Origin: a candidate division WOR-3 bacterium
Lineage (GTDB): Bacteria > Hydrothermota > Tepidihabitantia > Tepidihabitantales > CAIPLT01
Direction: 5' to 3'
NCBI GenBank assembly: GCA_965649215.1
Contig: CBFGJZ010000020.1
Coordinates: 15,608-28,589, forward strand
DNA length: 12,982 nucleotides
Position 1 is the stretch's first letter. Each line of letters begins with the position of its first letter. Shown here piece by piece: positions 7,427 to 12,982 of this stretch. Made by a program: the position numbers and the translations under genes. A model generated the notes under the pieces. It made no database searches. It saw nothing but the letters and a program-made list of their open reading frames with translations, and was not told the DNA's origin.

Positions 7427-7454
7427 TTGACATTTATTATTAACAAGTTATACT
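7427..7454 (+). promoter_or_regulatory. Putative sigma70 promoter of the M6 protease gene
   Basis: TTGACA (7427-7432), 16 nt, TATACT (7449-7454). This predicts a ~110-nt 5' UTR ending in SD GGGAGG (7561-7566) before ATG 7571. Confidence 0.7.
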
Positions 7455-7570
7455 TTTTAATAACAATAAATCAAAATGGGGATAGTATTTAATGGCAAAT
7501 GAGTTCCGCAATAAAAGCCAATATTCAGTTTTATTGGGTATCGATTGTTTTTATTTAATTGGGAGGATTA

Positions 7571-10500
7571 ATGAAATCTTTTAGTTTTTATAAAGCCGCT
7601 CTATTAATTGTTTTATTAGTTGGTTTAATACAAGCAATGCCGCCAAGACCGGGTCTTGAATTGCCACCTGAAGATTATGCTGAGATGGCGCGATTGGGAA
7701 TTAATATTTCTAAAAATCCAGTGCGCGATATTGGTAAAAGGGGTATTTATAACACGCCGGGTGATGTGATACCTTTAGTGACCGGTACTAAACAATTTCC
7801 AGTTGTTTGTATAAAATTTCCTGACTATGCAAATACATATGTTACTGCGAGTTTTGATTCGATGTTGTTTTCAGATTATTGGACATCGGGTTCGGCTAAA
7901 AATTATTATCAAGAGATATCATATGGGAATTTTACTTTGCAGGGAACGGTTGTTGGTTGGTACACTTCTGCCAATAACAAAGCATATTATGGATATTCCA
8001 ATGGTTTTCAGCGGGCAGCAATATTAGCGAAAGAAGCAGCGACTGCGGCTGACGCAACGGTTAATTATGCATTATATGACAATGACGGTGATGGCTATGT
8101 TGACTGCTTTACTTGCGTTCATGCTGGATTTGGCAGAGAGGAAACCGGCAGTGGTACTGACATTCATTCGCATTCTTGGGATTTTACTTCTGCGGGCATC
8201 GGAGCATATACGACCGATGATCCAGATCCAAATCGTCCAGGTCAGTATATAAAAATTAATGAATATGTGATGGACCCGGAACGGAGCAGTTACTCGAATA
8301 AAGGAACAATGGTTTGTATTGGCGTTTTTTGTCACGAGTGGGGACACGCGTTAGGATTGCCTGATTTGTACGATACTGATTATAGTGGTAATGGGCTTGG
8401 CAATTGGTGTCTGATGGCAGGTGGTTCATGGGGAGCAAATGGAAATTCACCGTGGTATCCTGCGCATTTAAGCGTGTGGGGAAAAATGGATATGGGTTGG
8501 GTAAATCCGACTGCGGTGCGCAAACGGGACTTGTATTCAATTCCACAGATTGAAACAAATTCTAAAGCATACTGGTTAATCAGCCGGCAAAGAACTTTCA
8601 GAGAATATTTTTTAATTGAAAACCGTAGGAAAACTGGCTTTGATGTTAATATGTATGGTCAGGGGTTGTTAATTTATCATATTGATGATTCAGTGATAAA
8701 GAGAAATCGGCCGAACAATGCTGTTAATAACGGTTCAATTTATGGCGTGGCTTTGGAACAAGCAGACGGCAGTGAACATCTTATAAATGGAACAAATAGC
8801 GGTGATGCCAATGACCCCTGGCCTGGTGGTTTGAGTAAAACTTTATTTGACAGCACTTCAACCACACCTAATACTCGGACAAATACCGGCTCTTTAATTA
8901 CGAGCAGTTTTGTTAAAAATATTCCGGCGTCAGCAGCTATAATGTCCTGTACATTGTCATCGGGTGTCAAAGGTACTTTTACCAGTGCTGCCGATGCGGG
9001 CGGATATTCTTGGATTGATTCTGACACAACGGGTGGTCCCATATATAATTGGATTGATATTAGTCAATCTGGTACTGCTTTGGGTACTGGCAATGATGTG
9101 AGTTATTGGTTCAAATTACCGTATAATTTTAATTTTTATGGTGTTTCTTATGAGACAGTTTATGTGAACACAAATGGGTGGATAAGTTTTGGAAATACTG
9201 GTTCAGTTACTTATGTTAATACCGCGGTGCCATCAGCAACAGTTCCGAATAAAGCGATTTTTGTGTTTTGGGATGATTTAGATGTTAATGCGGCTGATGG
9301 CGCAAATATGTATTATCAGACATTCGGGACAGCACCGAATCGTTATACGGTGATTACTTGGAAAGATGTGCGTCGAAACGGTGCGCCTTATACATTTAAT
9401 CAAATGACATTTCAAGTAATCTTGCACGAGAACGGCAAAATTATTATGCAGTATAAAGATTGTGCGGTTGGCGATTCGGCTTATAACTGGGGTAAAAGCG
9501 CGACCATCGGAATCGAAAATGCGAATGGCACAATTGGTAGGCAGTATTTATATAATGGTTCACCCGTTGGTAATCTTGTTGCGAGTGAACGAGCAATCCA
9601 GTTTTCGTGTAAAGATGTTGGCGTAGTTTCAATTGATAATCCGATTGGAACGGTTGATTCAACGGGTCTAATTATCCCGAGAGCTACTATTAAAAATTAT
9701 AGTTCAGGTACAGAAAATATCTCGGTTACTTTTAAAATAACGGGTGGTTATACAAGTACGCGTAATAAAACGCTTGGTCCTGGTCAACAAGATACAGTGA
9801 ATTTTTCGCCCTGGCAGCCAATACGTGGCTCGTTTACTGCTCGATGCTCGACTTATCTTTTAAATGACGGAGTAAAAACCAATGATACTTTGTCAGCACC
9901 ATTTATTGTGCGGGTTCGGAATGTCGGAGTTATTTCGATTCAAAGTCCGCTTGGTATTTTTGATTCCACTGGACCGATTATTCCGAGTGCAATAATTCAG
10001 AATTATGGGTCCGGGAGTGAAACATTTAATGTTAAAATGCGCATTGGTAGTGTCTATTCGCAGACTGTGCAAAAAACTATTGGTCCTGGTGTAGTTGATA
10101 TTGTTAATTTTCCTGCCTGGTCACCGCTGCGCGGAACGCATCAAGTTCGATGTAGTACTATGCTTGATAATGATGTCCAATATACAAATGATACCATGAC
10201 CAGTTCAATTACGGTTAATGTTAAAGATGTTGGTATAACTCAAATTATCACACCAACGGGTACAGTTGATTCTACAGGACCGATTGTACCGCAAATTAAA
10301 CTTAAGAACTTTGGTACGAGTCAGGTAACTTTTAATGCGAAATTGCAAATCGGCGCGACTTATAATCGTGATAGTACCATAACATTAAATGCGGGCGTTG
10401 AAAATACATATAATTTTCCTGCCTGGCAACCAGTACGCGGGACCTATACAATTCGTTGCAGCGTGTATCTCGCGGGAGATGCAGTAGTAACAAATGATAC

Positions 10501-12982
10501 CTTGTCTAGTTTAGTAACAATCCGAGTTAAGGATATTGGTATTATTGCGATAAATAATCCAGCTGGTACCTTTGATTCAACAGGAGCAATAATTCCTCAA
10601 GTAACTATAATGAATTATGGTACTGAAAACGAAACTTTTAATGTAAAATTACGCTTTGGTTCCTATAACCAAACTCGCGTTAAAACATTACTGGCGGGTC
10701 AGCAAGATACGGTCAATTTTCCAAGTTGGATACCAATCCGTGGTGTTTATCAATCAAAATGCTCTGTAATGCTAATTAATGATAGCAGATACTCTAATGA
10801 TACTTTATCAAGCTCATTTACAGTTCAAGTTAAAGATATTGGTGTGACACAAATTATCGCACCAACCGGTGTGATTGATTCATCACCCCCAATTATACCT
10901 AAAATCAAACTTAAAAATTATGGAACTGACCAAGCAACTTTTTATGCTAATCTAAAAATTGGCAATACCTACAATCGGGATAGTTTGATAACTTTAAATA
11001 GTGGTGTGGAAAACACATTTAATTTCCCTGTTTGGCAGCCGATTCGTGGAATGCATTTAGTAAGATGTAGCGTTTATCTTAGCGGAGATGCGGTCAGTGC
11101 TAATAATAAATTAACTGATTCAGTTTTAGTGAGTGTTAAAGATGTCCAAGTTGTCGCAATTGAATATCCGATCGATTCAATAGATTCGGGTGCGCCAATA
11201 ATCCCCCGAACCAGAGTAAAAAGCAATAGTTCAACTAATGAAACATTTAATGTTACTTTACAGATTGGTAGCAATTATATTCAAACTCGTGCTAAAACAC
11301 TAGCTAGTAATGAAGAAGATACAGTTAATTTTCCATCTTGGATGGGTGCAAGGGGAAATTATGTCATTCGTTGTTCAACTTATTTAGTAGGTGATATTGA
11401 TAATTCGAACGATACTCTATCAGATTTATTTACTGTTATTGTGCATGATGTTGGAGTAGTTTCAATTACAGCGCCAGCTGATTCGATTTTACGAGGTCTT
11501 TGGGCACCACGAGCAAGCGTGAAGAACTATGGCAGTATGCGTGAGAGTTTTTATACCTACTGTAAAATCTATAATGACAGCGCAATGATGGTTTATATTG
11601 ATTCATCGTTTTCTAATAATCTAAATATTAACACAAGCAGTACACGAACTTTTGATGAATTTTTGTTTTTAACAGGTACTTATACTATTCGTTGTTCAAC
11701 CGCACTGATTAATGATAGTAACCCATATAATAATGTAAAATCTAAAACTGTTACTGTAATTTATCAACCACCATGGACTTTAAAAGAAAGCGTACCCAAA
11801 GGTCCTAGTGGTAAACAACTAAGAAATGGCAGTGTTTTAGTTGCTGGCGGTGGCGATATTTATCTCCTAAAAGGTAATAATACTTGTGAGTTTTATCGTT
11901 ATGATGTTGATACTGATACTTGGTTAATTCTTCGTCCGATACCTTATGATACTTTAAAAGAGAAAAATGTTAACAAAGGTGCAGCATTAGCTTATAATAA
12001 TCATGCAAATCCTGATTTGATCTATGCTACAAAAGGCAATAATACAGATGAGTTTTGGGCATATGATGTAGAAAATGACACATGGTATCGGAAAACGGGT
12101 GTCCCGATAAATCCGATCAAGGTCAAAAAGGTCAAAGCAGGAGCAAGTATGGTTTATTTACGACGTGGCACTAATCAGTATATTTATTTACTAAAAGGTA
12201 ATGGTACCAACGAATTTTATGCTTATCATTGCCAAGCCGATACTTGGATTCGAAATTTAAAACAACCACCATTAGGACCATACATCAAATTCTATAAAGA
12301 AGGAAGTTGTATGACTGTTGGTTATAATAATTATATCTATCTATTAAAGGGTGGTTCAAAAACAAACGAATTTTATTGTTACATGCCAGCTCAAGATAGC
12401 TGGTTAACTTTAGAATCATTACCAATCTATAGCGCAATTACGAAAAAGAAATCAAAAGTGAAAGCCGGGGCTGGTATTTGTTATGATGGTGATAGTTTAT
12501 TGTATGTGATTAAAGGCGGTAATCGGCAGGAGTTTTGGCAATATAATGCAATTCGTAATAATTGGCGAGAGTTAGATACAATTCCTCGGGCGCCAAGCAA
12601 TAAAAAAGTCAGCAGTGGGGGAAGTATTGTCTTTAGCAATGACCGTATCTTTGTTGTGAAAGGTAATAAAACCGTTGAATTTTGGAGTTATACACCAGGT
12701 ATTTCAGATATACCAATTACAATTTCAAATATGACTTATTACAATCCTGTAAATACTCCTATTGAAACACAAGATCTAAGCGACAATGATTTTATTGGCC
12801 TTGCTCATAATAACGATGCCTTAACATTAAAATTAGTCTTAAAACGAGAAGGACAAGTTAAAATTAATATCTATAATAGTGTTGGACAGAAAGTTAGAGC
12901 GGTTTTTGAGGGTGGTTTAAGAGCTGGGATGCATTTAATACCAATCCCGAACGAATATCTCGAAGCAGGAATTTATATTGTC
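7571..12982 (+). CDS. Secreted multidomain M6-family (immune inhibitor A-like) zinc metalloprotease, >1804 aa, 3'-truncated by the window edge
   Basis: Translated by hand; absent from the ORF track because there is no stop in the window. Signal peptide MKSFSFYKAALLIVLLVGLIQA|MPP, 'NYYQEISYG', 'YDNDGDGYVD', zinc motif HEWGHALGLPD (8333-8365), Met-turn 'WCLMAGGSW', 'EYFLIENR..TGFD', 'GLLIYHID', 'LEQADG'. These are followed by a NIDO-like domain, 7 Ig-like repeats, 6 kelch blades and a C-terminal 'IYNSVGQKVR...EAGIYIV'. Confidence 0.93.
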   Translation, partial: MKSFSFYKAALLIVLLVGLIQAMPPRPGLELPPEDYAEMARLGINISKNPVRDIGKRGIYNTPGDVIPLVTGTKQFPVVCIKFPDYANTYVTASFDSMLFSDYWTSGSAKNYYQEISYGNFTLQGTVVGWYTSANNKAYYGYSNGFQRAAILAKEAATAADATVNYALYDNDGDGYVDCFTCVHAGFGREETGSGTDIHSHSWDFTSAGIGAYTTDDPDPNRPGQYIKINEYVMDPERSSYSNKGTMVCIGVFCHEWGHALGLPDLYDTDYSGNGLGNWCLMAGGSWGANGNSPWYPAHLSVWGKMDMGWVNPTAVRKRDLYSIPQIETNSKAYWLISRQRTFREYFLIENRRKTGFDVNMYGQGLLIYHIDDSVIKRNRPNNAVNNGSIYGVALEQADGSEHLINGTNSGDANDPWPGGLSKTLFDSTSTTPNTRTNTGSLITSSFVKNIPASAAIMSCTLSSGVKGTFTSAADAGGYSWIDSDTTGGPIYNWIDISQSGTALGTGNDVSYWFKLPYNFNFYGVSYETVYVNTNGWISFGNTGSVTYVNTAVPSATVPNKAIFVFWDDLDVNAADGANMYYQTFGTAPNRYTVITWKDVRRNGAPYTFNQMTFQVILHENGKIIMQYKDCAVGDSAYNWGKSATIGIENANGTIGRQYLYNGSPVGNLVASERAIQFSCKDVGVVSIDNPIGTVDSTGLIIPRATIKNYSSGTENISVTFKITGGYTSTRNKTLGPGQQDTVNFSPWQPIRGSFTARCSTYLLNDGVKTNDTLSAPFIVRVRNVGVISIQSPLGIFDSTGPIIPSAIIQNYGSGSETFNVKMRIGSVYSQTVQKTIGPGVVDIVNFPAWSPLRGTHQVRCSTMLDNDVQYTNDTMTSSITVNVKDVGITQIITPTGTVDSTGPIVPQIKLKNFGTSQVTFNAKLQIGATYNRDSTITLNAGVENTYNFPAWQPVRGTYTIRCSVYLAGDAVVTNDTLSSLVTIRVKDIGIIAINNPAGTFDSTGAIIPQVTIMNYGTENETFNVKLRFGSYNQTRVKTLLAGQQDTVNFPSWIPIRGVYQSKCSVMLINDSRYSNDTLSSSFTVQVKDIGVTQIIAPTGVIDSSPPIIPKIKLKNYGTDQATFYANLKIGNTYNRDSLITLNSGVENTFNFPVWQPIRGMHLVRCSVYLSGDAVSANNKLTDSVLVSVKDVQVVAIEYPIDSIDSGAPIIPRTRVKSNSSTNETFNVTLQIGSNYIQTRAKTLASNEEDTVNFPSWMGARGNYVIRCSTYLVGDIDNSNDTLSDLFTVIVHDVGVVSITAPADSILRGLWAPRASVKNYGSMRESFYTYCKIYNDSAMMVYIDSSFSNNLNINTSSTRTFDEFLFLTGTYTIRCSTALINDSNPYNNVKSKTVTVIYQPPWTLKESVPKGPSGKQLRNGSVLVAGGGDIYLLKGNNTCEFYRYDVDTDTWLILRPIPYDTLKEKNVNKGAALAYNNHANPDLIYATKGNNTDEFWAYDVENDTWYRKTGVPINPIKVKKVKAGASMVYLRRGTNQYIYLLKGNGTNEFYAYHCQADTWIRNLKQPPLGPYIKFYKEGSCMTVGYNNYIYLLKGGSKTNEFYCYMPAQDSWLTLESLPIYSAITKKKSKVKAGAGICYDGDSLLYVIKGGNRQEFWQYNAIRNNWRELDTIPRAPSNKKVSSGGSIVFSNDRIFVVKGNKTVEFWSYTPGISDIPITISNMTYYNPVNTPIETQDLSDNDFIGLAHNNDALTLKLVLKREGQVKINIYNSVGQKVRAVFEGGLRAGMHLIPIPNEYLEAGIYIV
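8993..9610 (+). other. NIDO (nidogen G1)-like domain within the protease
   Basis: 'LPYNFNFYGVSYETVYVNTNGWISFG', 'IFVFWDDL', 'TFQVILHENGKIIMQY', 'ATIGIEN'. Confidence 0.65.
9611..11761 (+). repeat. Seven tandem ~102-aa Ig/CARDB-like coding repeats
   Basis: Units start at 9611, 9917, 10223, 10529, 10832, 11138 and 11444 (306/306/306/303/306/306 nt). Consensus KD(V/I)G(V/I)..I..P.G..DS.G.IIP....KNYG....F......G..Y......L......(V)NFP.W.P.RG.Y..RCS..L..D....NDTL.....V.V. Confidence 0.92.
11774..12700 (+). repeat. Six kelch-like repeats (beta-propeller) within the protease
   Basis: Blade cores IYLLKGNNTCEFYRY, IYATKGNNTDEFWAY, IYLLKGNGTNEFYAY, IYLLKGGSKTNEFYCY, LYVIKGGNRQEFWQY, IFVVKGNKTVEFWSY. 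Each blade begins with a Trp and a Pro-containing segment. Confidence 0.88.
12821..12982 (+). other. T9SS type-A sorting / FlgD-Ig-like C-terminal domain (partial)
   Basis: 'LTLKLVLKREGQVKINIYNSVGQKVRAVFEGGLRAGMHLIPIPNEYLEAGIYIV' matches the IYNxxGxxV...GxY pattern. A canonical YPNP is not evident and the domain end lies outside the window. Confidence 0.7.

Noticed and set aside
7490-7540. Possible c-di-GMP-I riboswitch in the protease 5' UTR (GGCAAA...CGCAA...AAGCC)
   Set aside because: There is no GNRA-capped P2 stem after GGCAAA and no matching second hairpin; only weak pairings (TGGC/GCCA, CCAATA/TATTGG). An Rfam search would settle it.
7827-11274. Short ORF-track entries at 7827, 8067, 8072, 8256, 8740, 9444 and 11074
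   Set aside because: All lie out of frame or antisense within the long M6 protease CDS and show no recognisable motifs; they are shadow ORFs.
9611-11761. ~306-nt periodicity as a CRISPR array or DGR-type repeat
   Set aside because: The repeats are in-frame, diverged protein domains with no identical short DNA repeats or spacers, and there is no cas or reverse transcriptase gene in the window.

Overview
AT-rich (roughly one-third GC by eye) diderm bacterial chromosome segment. Protein style suggests an FCB-group lineage outside Bacteroidota, such as WOR-3: a T9SS/FlgD-like C-terminal domain and KGNN-type kelch blades occur together with clear Shine-Dalgarno use. This placement is inference only. 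The left half (+ strand) carries a LytR-C domain protein (5'-truncated), rsfS, argS with an atypical HIGH motif (NVVQ), a stand-alone PTS EIIA, a short C4 zinc-ribbon protein, a large lipoprotein with a hidden ~128-aa periodicity, and an NPA-motif outer-membrane beta-barrel. A PsbP/DcrB-like lipoprotein gene converges on these from the - strand. A 603-bp divergent intergenic region holds two sigma70-type promoters, a perfect 24-bp palindrome, a G-tract cluster and phased CTTAA repeats. From 7571 to the window end runs a >1800-aa secreted M6 (immune inhibitor A-type) metalloprotease that the ORF track omits because it has no stop in the window. It comprises a protease domain, a NIDO-like domain, 7 Ig/CARDB-like repeats, a 6-blade kelch propeller and a C-terminal sorting-like domain. 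Most notable observations: strong D-[S/T]-hydrophobic (Bacteroidota O-glycosylation-type) motif enrichment confined to exported proteins, the periodic lipoprotein plus barrel pair, and three promoters that all have 16-nt spacers.
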